A program made the translations under genes and the position numbers. From NCBI GenBank assembly GCA_038087875.1, contig CM075994.1, positions 8,682,001-8,746,000 of the forward strand: 64,000 nt of DNA, in the 5' to 3' direction. Shown here in pieces: positions 50,390 to 63,832 of this stretch. Positions within the stretch are counted from its first letter, which is position 1. Each line of letters begins with the position of its first letter. The stretch is from Malacoraja senta. Lineage: Eukaryota. A model generated the notes under the pieces. That model was not told the DNA's origin. It ran no database searches and saw nothing but the letters and a program-made list of their open reading frames with translations.

Positions 50390-51577
50390 CTGGGGTTGGT
50401 ATTGATGGCACTGCCCTGAGCTGGTTCATCTCCTACCTCAAAGGTAGGAGTTTCTCGACTAACATAGGCAACTCTTTCTCCGCCCCAGCTAATCTCTGCT
50501 GTGGGGTTCCACAAGGTTCCATCCTTGGCCCCATTCTCTTCTCCCTGTATATGCTCCCCTTAGGCCAAGTCATTGAAAGGCACGGCATTTCCTTCCAGTG
50601 CTACGCAGACGATACACAACTCTATCTCCCCCTGAAGCACAAAAAACAATCAAATCTGCTTAACCTTACCCACTGCCTCGAGGATATAAAGTGTTGGATG
50701 GCCCAGAATTTCCTCCAACTAAACGAGAGTAAGTCTGAGGTCATCCTTCTCGGCCCCTCGGACTCATTCAAAATGATAGCAGGCAGCCTTGGAAGCCTTA
50801 CCCCACTACTCAAACCTCACGTCAAAAACCTTGGCGTGATATTTGACTCAGCACTGAAATTTGACAAACAAGTCAATGCCGTGGCAAAAGCTAGCTTCTT
50901 TCAGCTTCGGACGATAGCTAAAATAAAACAATTCCTCCAGTTTGATTACCTCGAAAAGATCCACACATTCATCTCCTCCCGCCTAGATTACTGCAACTCC
51001 CTTCACACTGGCATCAGCCAATCTTCCCTGTCCCGTCTGCAACTGGTCCAAAACGCCGCAGCGAGACTCCTGACGGGCACCCGAAAAAGGGACCACATCA
51101 CCCCGATCCTGGCCTCTCTCCACTGGCTCCCTGTGCGGTTCCGTATTAACTTCAAGATCCTCCTCCATGTCTACAAAACCCTCAATGGGCTTGCCCCCAC
51201 CTACATAAAAAGTCTTCTCACCCACACTCCACCTCCAGACCCCTCAGATCGGCCGACTTGGGGTTGCTGAATATCCCACGGTCTAGGCATAAGCTCAGGG
51301 GCGACCGCGCCTTTGCGGTTGCAGCCCCTAGACTGTGGAACAGCATCCCCTTTCCCATCAGAACTGCCCCCTCCATCGACTCCTTTAAGTCAAGACTAAA
51401 AACTTATCTATATTCCCAAGCCTTTCCTGACGTGCTCCAAGTGAGGGCTACATGTATATATGTATGTAGTTTGTTTTGTTTATGCTATTCTTATAACAAA
51501 TGTAAAGCACTTTGGCCAACGAGAGTTGTTTTTTAAATGTGCTATATAAATAAATGTGACTTGACTTGACTTGACTT
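50390..51577 (+). mobile_element. L2-clade LINE, RT C-terminal part and 3' end
   Basis: GVPQGSILGP, YADDTQLY, LQLVQNAAARLL, HITPILASLHWLP; (GACTT)n tail. Another L2 piece at about 59595-60410. Confidence 0.92.
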
Positions 51578-52039
51578 ACTTCATTAACAATGGCCGGTTT
51601 CCTTTATCATCGTTACTTTTTTGCATATCTTTCATTCATTGTTCTTTATCTCACCACATCACCGTCTATATCTCGCGTTTCCCTTATCCCAAACCAGTCT
51701 GAAGAAAGGTCTCGAGCCGAAACATCACCCATGGGTGAGGTTTCCGGTCGAGACCCTTCTTCAGACCCCTTTAGGTCAGACTTCAGTCTATCTTGTCCAA
51801 GCTGGCTTACGGAGCAATCCCATTTCCCCCACCAATCCCTCGTGACCTATATTCTCTCCAATCGCGGTCAGCGACTCTATGCTGCCTGCCCCGCCTGCTG
51901 AGTGACGCAGTCTCCGGTTTAAACCAGCATCTGCAGTCCTAGTCCTGCACGAATCCACCAACACGAACGTCTTTGGGCCGTCGTTATCAGCAAGTGCTGA
52001 CGCACAAAGGAAACAGAATTTTGGAGATCAACTTGCTGA

Positions 52040-52337
52040 AAAACATGCTCAAGGACCTTAGGCTGCACACCTGTGGAGTGGTGATCTGAGAGACATCTGC
52101 TCGAAGACTTTAGGTTGGACATCTGTAGAGCGGTAATCAAAGGTCTGCGAGACACTGGTTCAAAGACTTTAGGTTGCACATCTGTAGAGTGGTGATCGCA
52201 GGAATCTGGGACATCTGCTCAAAGACCTTTGATTACCTCTTCACACATGTGTACGCTCAGGTCTGAGAGACATTGGGTCAAAGACCTTGGGTTGCAACAT
52301 CTGTACAGCAGTAATCGTAAATGTCAGAGAGACATCT
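52040..52337. repeat. Degenerate tandem repeat, about 59-bp unit, about 5 copies
   Basis: Recurrent GAGACA...TCAAAGAC(T/C)TTAGGTTGCACATCTGTAGAG.GGT.ATC. Confidence 0.7.
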
Positions 52338-53284
52338 TAAAAACAATAGGTGCAGGAGGAGGCCATTCTGCCCTTCGAGCCAGCACCGGCATTCAATGTG
52401 ATCATGGCTGATCATCCCCAATCAGTACCCCGTTTCGCCCCATATCCTCTGACTGCTATCTTTAAGAGCCCGATCTAGCTCTCTCTTGAAAGTATCCAGA
52501 GAACCGCCCTCTGAGGCAGAGAATTCCACACTCACAACTCTCTTGGTAGTTTGGAAACCAAAAGTCCGTTAAATTGAATAACTGGCATGACAAAAAGAGC
52601 ATCGGTAATAGCGACCACGAATGCAGCACTAGTTCATTGTGTTTACTGGCATTATGCAGGAAAGGAAACCTACCATTCTTGCATATTGCCCCAGGTGGCT
52701 GACTGCTAAATACTCTACAAAACGGCACAGTTCGTTCAGTCTCAAGTGGTCCTCTAGAAGGGGCAACAATGCTGGGTCTGCCCTGTCACGCCTGCACTCC
52801 AAGTATACTTCTAATCACACAGCTCAAGATAAAAGCTTGTGATCCACACAGCTCCATTCTCTCAAGCTGAGAGAATGGAGCGGCTGGGCTGTATATTTAG
52901 AAGGATGAGAGGGGATCTTATTGAAACATAAAAGATTATTAAGGGTTTGGACACGCTAGAAGCAGGAAACATGTTCCCGATGTTGGGGGAGTCCAGAACC
53001 AGGGGCAACACAGTTTAAGAACAAGGGGTAAGCCATTTAGAACAGAGACGAGGAAACACTTTTTCACACAGAGAATTGTGAGTCTGTGGAATTCTCTGCC
53101 TCAGAGGCCGGTTCTCTGGATACTTTCAAGAGAGAGCTAGATAGGGCTCTTAAAGATAGCGGTCAGGGGATATGGGAAGAAGGCAGGAACGGGGTACTGA
53201 TTGGGGATGATCAGCCATGATCACATTCAAAGGGCCGAATGGCCTACTCCTGCACCTATTGTCTATAAAATGATTCACTCTTAG

Positions 53285-53610
53285 CTGGGCAAAAATGGGA
53301 GAGCTGGGAAGGGGAGGGGAAAGAGAGAGAAAGCAGGGACTGCCTGAAATTGGAGAAGTCAATGTTCGTACCGCTGGGGCATAAACTGCCCAAGCGAAAT
53401 ATGAGGTGCTGCTCCTCCAATTTGCGGTGGGACTCACTCTGGCCATGGAGGAGGCCCAGGACAGGAAGGTTGGATTAGGAATGGGAGGGGAGTTGAAGTG
53501 CTGAGCCACCGGGAGATCAGGTTGGTTATTGTGAACCGAGCGGAGGTGTTGGGCAAAGCGATCGCCAAGCCTACGCTTGGTGTCACCGATGTGGGGCAGC
53601 TGACACCCAC
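53285..53610 (-). mobile_element. Penelope-like GIY-YIG fragment
   Basis: CQLPHIGDTKRRLGDRFAQHLRSVHNNQPDLPVAQHFNS in ORF 53150..53689. Confidence 0.85.
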
Positions 53611-54062
53611 CCAGGTTATTTTCTCTTCTCCCATTGGGCAGAAGATGCAAAGCTTGAAAACAAATATCATCAGATTCAGTTAAAAGCATCTCCCCCTCTC
53701 ATCAGACTACTGAACTGCCCCCTCCCCTCCCCCATCCCCACCTATTAGCTAGGGTTAGTTCCGATCTTTCAACCTCCCCCAATGCAGACACTGGAATACT
53801 TCTCCGGAACTTTAGACCTTAGAGATGCAGCGTGGAAACGATTGCATAGGCTCACTAAGTCTGCACCGACCAGCGATCACCCCGTACACTATCACCATCC
53901 CATACACTAGGGATAATTTACAGCAGCCAATTAGCCCTCAAACATGCACGTATTTGGAGTGTGGGAGAAAACCGGAGCACCCAGAGGAAACCCACGCAGT
54001 CACGTGGAGAATGTATAAACTCCGTACGGACAGCACCCGTAGTTTAGATCGAACCTGCGCAA

Positions 54063-54861
54063 AGGGCCTGTCCCACTTAGGCGATTGTTTAGGCGACTAG
54101 GCTGCCACCATATGGTCGCCAGGGTGTCGCCTGTCTGGTCGCGAGTAGTCAGTCGCCCAAACAGTCATAGCGTCTTTCTGGTCGCCGCTGGATTTTTAAC
54201 ACGTTGAACATTTTCAGAGACAGCCGGCGACAGTGGGTTAGACGCTAATGAGCGTAGCTTGACTTCTCCTGACGTAGGTGCTGTCGTAGTTGTCGCCAGG
54301 TTAACGTAGGTTGTCGCCGGTGCTGACTTCGGTTTTTTAGTTGTTGTTAATAGACAATAGACAATAGGTGCAGGAGTAGGCCATTCGGCCCTTCGAGCCA
54401 GCATTCAACGTGATCATGGCTGATCATCCCCAATCAGTACCCCGTTCCTGCCTTCTCCCCATATCCCCTGACTCCGCTATCTTTAAGAGCCCTATCTGGC
54501 TCTCTCTTGAAAACATCCAGAGAACCCGCCTCCACCGCCCTCCGAGGCAGAGAATTCCACAGACTCACAACTCTCTGTGAGAAAAAGTGTTTCCTAGTCT
54601 CCGTTCTAAATGGCTTACTCCATATTCTTAAACTGTGTTGCCCCTGGTTCTGGACTCCCCCAACATCGGGAACATGTTTCCTGCCTCTAGTGTGTCCAAA
54701 CCCTTAACAATATTATACGTTTCAATGAGATCCTCTAATGTAATGATTCTATTTCAAATTTTATGTCGAAGGGGGGAGGTGTCCAGTCGCCGTTTTTTCA
54801 GCGACCTGCTACGACAGTCGCCGGCAGTCGCATAAAAATAGCCCAAGTGGGACAGGCCCTT
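54063..54861. mobile_element. Harbinger-type MITE interrupted by CR1; a further copy at about 55200-55841 is interrupted by a Rex1 fragment
   Basis: TIRs AGGGCCTGTCCCACTT / AAGTGGGACAGGCCCT; interior similar to 5532-6177. Confidence 0.75.
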
Positions 54862-56160
54862 CGGCGAGCAACTCAGCTCTGCTGCATCAGAGTGTCACCC
54901 TTAACTGTAACACTACAATACCGTAACACTATACTCCAGTCTGGTAATCTTCTCTGGGCACTACCTGTTGTACTTGTAAATGGCTGGATTGTACTTATTT
55001 ACAGAATAGTCTGATTTAATTCAATAGCATGTAAAAGCTTCACTGTATTTTATACTCGCATCAATAAAAAACCAAAACCAAGTACACAGACAATAAATAT
55101 GTAAAGCACATAAAATACAGAATTACCTCACCGATCATCCCTCAAGAACACAATCAATCAGTTTTTATTTAAACAGTTCTTTGTCATGATTGCTGTTATG
55201 GGCCTGTCCCACTTAGGCGACTGCCAGGGACTAGTTTTAATGGAATTCACCTGTCGACAGGACAAGAAGGCTCTGCAGAGAGTAGTGCGTTCGGCCGAAC
55301 ACACTATGGGAACTACACTCGCCCCTCCTGCAGGAACTATACATCAGAAGGTGCAAATCCAGAGCCAACAAGATCATGGGGGACCCCTTCCACCCCAGCA
55401 ACAGACTGTTCCAGCTGCTACGGTCAGGCAAACGCCTCCATTGCCATGCTGTGAGAACGGAGTGGATGAGACGGAGTTTCTTCCCAGAGGCCATTAGGAC
55501 TGTAAACTCCTATCTCTCCAGGGACTAACTTTACTGAACCATTTTACTGTTGTGTGGTGTCTTTTTAAAATTGCTGTTTTTTTCCTTTTTCTTCCCTCCC
55601 ACAAATATGTAATATGTGAATATGTGATTCTGTTCCATTCTGTTTGTAGTTTGTTTGTTTGTTTTTTTGCACAATTCGCGAGCATTGCCACTTTTCATTT
55701 CACTGCACATCTCGTATGTGTATGTGACGAATAAACTTGACTTGACAACCCACGACAGCAAAAATAGTCGCCCCAAAATTTTCAACACATTGAAAATTTT
55801 TCAGCAGTCGCCCAAAAAATCGCTTAAGTGGGACAGGCCCTTCACTCGACCACCCACGTATGCTTCCATCCCACCTCCTATTTACTTTTACTTCTAATGC
55901 AAGGCATGTTAGCAATTTGCACGCATCCAGAATATTAGCTACAGCAACATTAAATCAAGTTTGCCTTTTATTACTAAAATTAAATCTACCAATTCACTCC
56001 AAGACTAAATCCTACCTGATATTCATTTAAATACAAATCCAATTCTTAAATTATTTAGTGTAGAATCACACTTTCTCTCTATTGAACGATGCTTTAAGTC
56101 AAATAGTCACATCAGACAGCGTGATCAAAGAGTGTGATTATAGTAAAACTGAACAGGGAG

Positions 56161-56391
56161 AAGGAGGAAATTGAAGGTCTCAGGAAGGAATGGAGGCTTT
56201 CAGGAAGGAATGGAGGCTTTCAGGAAGAAATTGAGGCTTTCAGGAAGAAATGGAGGCTTTCAGGAAGGAATGCAGGGTTTCAGGAAGGAATGGAGGCTTT
56301 CAGGAAGGAATGGAGGCTTTCAGGAAGGAATGGTGGCTTTCAGGAAGGAATGCAGGGTTTCAGGAAGGAATGCAGGGTTTCAGGAAGGAAT
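56161..56391. repeat. 20-bp minisatellite (CAGGAAGGAATGGAGGCTTT), about 11.5 copies
   Basis: Exact 20-nt periodicity visible from 56181. Confidence 0.95.
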
Positions 56392-58117
56392 TTTGCACTA
56401 GTAAGTTTAATTTAGAGATACAGCGCAGAAACAGGCCCTTCAGCCCAAGCTGACCAGCAATCCCTGCAGACCAAAACTATCCCACACCCACCTAGGACAA
56501 TTTACAATTAAACCACACCAATTAGCCTACAAACCTGCACGTCTTTGGAGTGCGGGAGGAAACCGAAGATCCTGGAGAAAACCCACGCAGGTCACGGGGA
56601 GAAAGTACAAACTCCGCACAGACAAGCACCCGCAGTCACGATCGAACCCGGATCCCTGGCGCTGCAAGGCAGCAACTCTACCGCTGCGTCACGGCGCCTC
56701 CCCCCCCCCCCCCACTGTTGTCAACACTGGGACAAGAAATGTGGCTGCCCGACACGTCGGAGGCAGAGGAATGGCGAGAATACCCGTAGAGTTGGACGGG
56801 GTTACGAGCACAGGGCCGGGGGCAAAATGGGACGAAACAGAAGAAACAGCACTGGATATATGACAGAGGATGCATCCCGGGCAAAGCAAAGGCTAGGCTA
56901 ACCAGGAACGACTGCAACAAGAAAGTAATTTGAAAGCTTTGGGAAAACATCTGCAGTTTGGCGCCCTGCAATTCTGTCTACTAAACGATTTGGGATCATG
57001 ATCTTCAAGCAACGTTCTGATATTACTTATGTTAAAATAACTCATAGAAAATAGAAAATAGGTGCAGGTGGAGGCCATTCGAGCCAGCACCACCATTCAT
57101 TGCGATCATGGCTGATCGTTCCCAATCAATAACCCATGCCTGCCTTCTCCCCATATCCCTTGATTCAACTACCCCCTAGAGCTCTATCTAACTCTCTCTT
57201 AAATCCATCGTGATTTGGCCTCCACTGCCCTCTGTGACAGGGAATTCCACAAATTCACAACTCTCTGGGTGAAAACGTTTTTTCTCACCTCAGTCTTAAA
57301 TGGCCTCCCCTTTATTCTAAGACTGCGGCCCCTGGTTCTGGACACCCAACATTGGGAATATTATTCCCTGCATCTAGCATGTCCAGTCCTTTTATAATTT
57401 TATATGTTTCTATAAGATTCCCCCTCATCCTTCTAAACTCCAGTGAATACAAGCCTAGTCTTTTCAATCTTTCCTCATATGACAGTCCCGCCATCCCAGG
57501 GATCAATCTCGTGAACCTACGCTGCACTGCCTCAATCACAAGGATGTCCTTCCTCAAATTAGGAGACAAAAACTGTACACAATACTCCAGATGTGGTCTC
57601 ACCAGAGCCCTATACAAGTTAAGTCAAGTCATATTCGTCACTTGCACATAAAGTGCAAGTGAAATGAATTTCACTTGAAGTGCATGAATACAACTGCAGA
57701 AGAACCTCTTTACTCCTAGACTGAAATCCTCTTGTTATGAAATCCTCTTGTTATGAACCCGTGAGTCATTCTTATCCTTTAGCTTCCTGGCTCACTCCGA
57801 AACCTCCTTTGCCTTCGCAATGACCCAACACTATGCAAACCAGAAGCTCCTGGATTTGATTGCCAATTGGGACAGTTTTTTTTTTTTTAATAACCCGTTG
57901 GAATGAAGGCCTGCCCCAAATCGCTCACCAGTGCTCTCAGAAAACAAAAGCACGTTTGTAAAGACTACACAGCCTGCTGAAGCTCACTGTTTAGGGTCAG
58001 AATAAAGAGTGGGGTCAGAGAAGGACGGATCGCGAGGGGTGACCAGCGGACGAGAAAGATGCTGTGCGAAAAGACAAGGTGGTTAATAAAACTAAGTCAC
58101 AAGTGTAAGTGCTATAC

Positions 58118-58354
58118 CTTGGTGTCTTTCAGCGCTCCTGTCCTAGCAGGCCTCTGTTTCTGCTCTTTGGGCTCGGGGAGCTGGTTGTCTGATGATCGCA
58201 TATCGACCACTTTAGTGCTGATCCGGTTAATTAGCCCAACGCGCTCCCCGGCGTCTGTTTTCAGGCTGCCGTCTGGAGAACTACGCTGTGAGGAACTGCT
58301 GGACGAGACCTGACAGTCGCTGCTCAAATCCACCCCACTGTCAGTCTGGCTGGC
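58118..58354 (-). CDS. PRRC2A: PRRC2A exon: [32 protein letters not shown]...GALKDTK
   Basis: ttcaag/gtatag, 237 bp, phase 0->0; SQxDSGVDLSxDxQVSS...[11 protein letters not shown] matches human PRRC2A (recalled [28 protein letters not shown]) better than PRRC2B (SSPYG). Confidence 0.92.
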
Positions 58355-60542
58355 CTTGAAACAGAGATACACACGCAGCAGTTTAATCAAAAACGGCAAA
58401 CTACACTGTCCTTTCTCAAGTGCATGGCATTAACTCATTATCTTTGAGCCGGAGCAAATGAAAAAATCCACGGCCACTGGCTTCAGCTGTCGGAAGTTTC
58501 ACGTTTCCCACCTGCAAATCTAGTTAACCCTCGAGGTCCTGGAGCCACATTTTTGCTCAAGCAAACCAGAATCTACACCAATACTCCTCTCCCCCACGCG
58601 TTGACGGTGAGTTCCTTGTGAGGTTGTCAGCCGCCCCCCTAGACACATCGCTAAAGTGAACCGGTCTCGATGCTTGAACCTAGACAGTGAGCGCCAGCAG
58701 GCTCTTCAAACTTTGGAGAAGTGGGGGGGCGGGGGGGAAAACAAATAAATAAATAATTGTGCGGGGTGCAAATGGAAAAAACAAACCGCACAGGCAAATC
58801 ATTCAGGCATCTGAGCTTTTGCACTGTTTGAGCATGGGTCACTAAACAGCAAGCCAGAAGCAGGAACCCTGGCTTAAATCCTCCTTAAAGATCCGCTGAA
58901 GGATCCGACTGCCGCCTTGGTTGAACTCATTTAATTCGTCATAGGGAGAAAATGAGAGGGGTCGGAGGCGATAGTAGATTCCTTCTGGTTTACATGTTAT
59001 GCTTGTGATTTGCCCGGTCCCGCTGAGTTACTCCAGCATTTTGTGTCGAAGCATGATGAGGGACCCCTACCACCCCAGCAACAGACTGTTCCAGCTGCTG
59101 CGGTCAGGCAAGCGCCTCCGCTATCACGCTGCGAAAACAGAGAGGATGAGACGGAGTTTCTTTCCACAGGCCATTAGGACTGTAAACTCTGATCTCACCA
59201 GGGACTAATTTACGGTTGTGTTGTGTCATTTTATTTTTTCTAAAATGTAAATACTGGTTCTGTTCTGTTGTTTTTGCACAATCCGCAGGCATTGCCACTT
59301 TCATTTCACTGCACATCTTGTACGTGTATGTGACAAATAAAGTTGACGACTTGGCAATGGAACACTTGCTTCATACAACAGCAAAGTGACGCACTGATTG
59401 AGAGTGTGGAGTGGGAACAGCACAAGATTTTTAATATCTACCCAAACCAAAGTAGACAATGAGAAAAGCCCAGCCCATTCCTAGGTATGACAATGCCTGG
59501 GGAAATATCAAACAGACCCAAATGCTGCAGTGCCGTTAATTACTGCCCACCTTTACCCATTCAACCAAACTGGAAGGCAATGCCGACCACCAATATTTGG
59601 CAGTTTATATCAAAATATTACTGTTGGTTTATAAAGCACTGAATAGTCCAGGGCCAAATTACATTTCTGATCTTCTGCGACATTATCAACCATCCAGACC
59701 TCTGAGGTCGGCTGGGACAGGTCTGCTTTCTGTCCCCAGAGTCAGAACTAAACGTGGAGAAGCAGCGTTTAGTCTTTATGGACCACACATACGGAACAAA
59801 CTTCCCGAAAAATGCAGGGCCGCTCCAACTCTCAGTTCTTTTCAATCGGGGCTGAAGACTTTTCTGTTTGAAGCTGCTTTTAATATTAATTCAATTAAAT
59901 AATTATTAATTTCTTACACTGCACTATAACTTTTATTCTTCTATTTTATACTTGTATTATTCTATTTCAACTCCAAGCCGCTGAGAGTGTTCTTCCGTTC
60001 CGACGCCAGAGTTCCATCATCCCGGCGAGAGGGCCTGAAACATCGGGCCACCATTGCGGCGACTGCGGAGGCCTCAATAGGCCCCGACGGGTGAACAAGA
60101 GGAAGAGGACTGAACTTTGGTGCCTTCCCTCATACAGGGAAACTTAGATATCCCCTAGGGGGGGGGGGGATGTTTTTTATGTTTTATATTAAATTCTATA
60201 GTGTTGTGTTTATCGTATTTGTGTGCTGCATGGCAACTCAAATTTCACTGCACCAATTGGTGTATATGACAATAAATGTTCTTTGTCCTTTTTATTTTCT
60301 ATTCTTTTTATTGACTGTTTTAAATTGCTTTTGATTAATTTGTAATGCGTTGTGTAAAGCACTTTGAATTGCCTTGTTGCTGAGAAGTGCTGTATAAATA
60401 AACTTGCTTGCTATCTCATCTGTACCACTCACACAGGTTTCTGAACAATCAGGTGCATGGCTACGGACTTTAGTCGGAACAAAGGACTGTGGCGTTTGTT
60501 CTGTGCCTCAGCGATCGCAAGAGGTCAGGGAGCATTTCTTAC

Positions 60543-60628
60543 CTCCGTGCTGACTGCCTCGGCAAAGACGTTCAGAGGTTTGATCCATGTGGCCAGTCCA
60601 GTGGTTGTTGGAGGAGTGAGGGAGCCAA
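60543..60628 (-). CDS. PRRC2A: PRRC2A exon: xGSLTPPTTTGLATWIKPLNVFAEAVSTE
   Basis: cttgcag/gtaaga, 86 bp, phase 1->0; WxxPLxxF....TE resembles human PRRC2A WMEPLSPFEDVAGTE preceding the DSGVDLS exon. Confidence 0.82.
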
Positions 60629-61236
60629 CTGCAAGAGCGGGCAACATTAAAAAAAAGATATTAAAAAGCACAATGATTTGACAATAGACAATAGGTGCAG
60701 GAGTAGGCCATTCGGCCCTTCAAGCCAGCACCGCCATTCAATGTGATCATGGCTGATCATCCCCAATCAGTACCCCATTCCTGCCTTCTTCATATCTAAA
60801 TGGCTTACCCCTTATTCTTAAACTGTGTGGCCCCAGACTTCTAAGCTTAAGAGTCAGAAAGCCATAATCCCCTGACTCCACTATCTTTAAGAGCCCTATC
60901 TAGCTCTCTCTTGAAAGCATCCAGAGAACCGGCCTCCACCGCCCTCTGAGGCAGAGAATTCCACAGACTCACAACTCTCTAATGAGAGAAAAAGTGTTTC
61001 CTCGTCTCCGTTCTAAATGGCTTACTCCTTATTCTTAAGCTGTGGCCCCTGGTTCTGGACTCCCCCAACATCGGGAACATGTTTCCTGCCTCTACCGTGT
61101 CCAAACCCTTAACGATCTTATATGTTTCAATAAGATCCCCTCTCATCCTTTTAAACTCCAGAGTGTACAAGCCCAGCCGCTCCATTCTCTCAGCATATGA
61201 CAGTCCCGCCATCCCGGGAATTAACCTGGTGAACCT

Positions 61237-61977
61237 GGCGTGTCACCAGAAAGAGGAATCCAGGCGAAACATCGTACAATATACTTGGTACCACCCTTGA
61301 AGAATCCAAACAAACCAAGTATCTTGGCATCAAATTGCAGAATGATCTGCGTTGGAATGGTCAGACTCATCATGCAACGGTGAAAGCAACAGGTGTCCTA
61401 AATTTTCTGAGGCGCAACTTTCATCATTGTTCAACTTCTGTCAAGGAGAAGCTATACTTCACCCTCGTTAGACCTCATTTGGACTACGCAGTTGCAGCAT
61501 GGGACCCATACACAAATAAAAACATTTCTTCCATCGAACGTGTCCAAAGACAGGCAGCTCGATTTGTTACTAACACCTATGAGAGAGAAGCGAGTGTTAC
61601 CAAACTTCTGAATTCTCTGGGGTGGAACCCTCTCCAAGACAGACGTGAAGCTCACCGTTTGACCTGTTTTTACAAAATGTTAAATGGTCAGCTCGACATA
61701 GATTACAAGGCCTACACCAAACCCAAACCAATTAGGAGCAGACGAGGGCATTCGATCCAATTTGTGATTCCAGCTACCAAGACAGATGTGTACAGCAATT
61801 CATTCTCCCCCCGCACAATTACAGCATGAAATAATCTCCACCCTACTTTAGTTACCCAACCAGATGCAAGGTAGCTCTTTCTTCCCAAAAACCCTTTCTG
61901 GCTTAAGTCCTCCCTCCACCACCTCCAGTTTAAATTCCATTTGGAATATTTTGGAGGACCAAGAAACCAAGAACCAA
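61237..61977 (+). mobile_element. Divergent CR1-group LINE 3' fragment nested in a HER1-type CR1
   Basis: YLGIKLQNDLRW...LVRPHLDYAVAAWDPY...IERVQRQAARFV; 3' stem-loop and (CCAAGAA)n tail; GAACCT duplicated at both ends of the interrupted host (60680-62007, minus). Confidence 0.8.
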
Positions 61978-63832
61978 GAACCTACGCTGCACTCCCTCAA
62001 TAGCAAGGTATGGTATGGACGTAGAGAAAAAAAGACAAGACATCAGAACTCCAAGTACTCACGGAACCGAGCAGTTGTCAATGGGAACTTCCAATTGACT
62101 TTTTAATTAAAAAAAACTTACAAGAATATAAATAAGCTTAAAGTATGCAAAGGTTTTATCGTCAGATCGCAGTGCGCTAAGTGTTATTTGGCTGCTGCGC
62201 TCAGCACAGCCAACATTTAGTTGTCACTGGGTTACTTTGGCAGGTCGGGAGACAGCTGGAATAAAGTTAAAATACTCACAACTTGCCATCTTCCAGCATC
62301 AGAGGAAGAGCATCTTTTAACAGCATTACTTAAGAGCATAGCTTCTCAAAATAACCTGCTGTTAAAAATCGTTTTTGAGTAGGTGAATCGAGGACCAGGG
62401 GACATAGGTTTAAGATGAAGGGGAAGAGATTTAATAGGAATCTGAGGGGTAGCTTTTTCACACAAAGCATGGTGGGTGTATGGAAAGAGCTGCTAGAGGA
62501 GGTAGACAAAAATGCTGGAGAAACTCAGCGGGTGAGGCAGCATCTATGGAGCGAAGGAATAGGTGATGTTTCGGATCGAAACCCTTGTTCAGGAGGAGGC
62601 AGTTGAGGCTGGGACTATCCCAAAGTTTAAGAAACAGTTAGACAGGTACACGGATAGGACAGGTTTGGATATGAACCAATCTCGGACAGGTGGGACTAGT
62701 GTAGCTGGGACATGTTGGCCGATGTGGGCAAGTTGGGCCAAATGGCCTGTTTCCACGCTGTATCACTCTATGGCTCTAAGTGGTAGCATAGTTGTAACAT
62801 TGCAGTTAATAACAATAGTGAGATCCCATCAATGGTAATGAAACTGCTGTCATATGGGACTGTCATATGCTGAGAGAATGGAGCAGCTGGGCTTGTATAC
62901 TCTGGAGTTTAGAAGGATGAGAGGGAATCTTATTGAAACATATAAGATTATTAAGGACTTGGACACGCTGGAGGCAGGAAACAGGTTCCCGATGTTGGGG
63001 GAGTCCAGAACCAGGGGCCACAGTTTATGAATAAGGGGTAAGCCATTTAGAACAGAGACGAGGAAACACTTTTTCTCACAGAGTGTCGTGAATCTGTGGA
63101 ATTCTCTGCCTCAGAGGACGTTTCTCTGGATGCTTTCAAGAGAGAGCTAGATAGCGCTCTTAAAGATAGCGGAGTCAGGGGATATGGGGAGAAGGCAGGA
63201 ACGGGGTACTGATTGGGGATGATCAGCCATGATCACATTGAATGGCAGTGCTGGCTCGAAGGGCCGAATGGCCTGCTCCTGCACCTATTGTCTATTGTCT
63301 ATAAGGCACCAGAATTGACACAAACTTTGAATCAGTAGCAAAGGCTTCCAAACATGGAACTAGTGCGAGAACGGGTGATTGAAGGTCAGCATGGACTCAG
63401 TGAGCTGAAGGGTTAGTTTCCATGTTGTGCCTGTAAACTAAACCAAACACAATAGACAACAGGTGCAGGAGTAGGCCATTCGGCATATCCCCTGACTCCA
63501 CTATCTTTAAGAGCCCTATCTAGCTCTCTCTTGAAAGCATCCAGAGAACCGGCCTCCACCGCCCTCTGAGGCAGAGAATTCCACAAACACGTGCTTGGAT
63601 TGCAAAGAATCAGAGCAGTGGCCAAACTGCTTGGCTCTGGTGCGGCAATTAGCTTGGGGGAATTCTGGAGACCTTCCCAAAACACAAAAAGAAACCCAAC
63701 CAAACCCGTTCCACCCCATTTGTTCAGTGCCAAACATAGAAACGATAGACCCTGCTCGAAGGCTCAGTGGTACGCTGGTCTCTCCATCCATCACAGGCAC
63801 ATTTAGACAGGTACATGGATAGGATAGGTTTA

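Noticed and set aside
50344..51270. 308-aa ORF, the longest in the window
   Set aside because: 5'-truncated L2 reverse transcriptase with its start codon borrowed from an adjacent repeat; not a host gene.
52040..52337. Repeat-spacer appearance suggesting CRISPR
   Set aside because: Eukaryotic context; the intervening parts are homologous to each other; no cas genes.
56134..56453. Three overlapping plus-strand ORFs with repetitive peptides
   Set aside because: Artefact of a 20-bp minisatellite with almost no stop codons.
62279..62355. Minus-strand exon-like segment ending in gtgagt
   Set aside because: Stops in all frames from the upstream acceptor; the shorter version has the wrong phase and no homology.
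63588..63683. Possible further PRRC2A exon (GLQNSPKLIAAPEPSSLATAL...)
   Set aside because: Acceptor-like site present but no recognisable PRRC2 motif and no good phase-1 donor; abuts a CR1 fragment.
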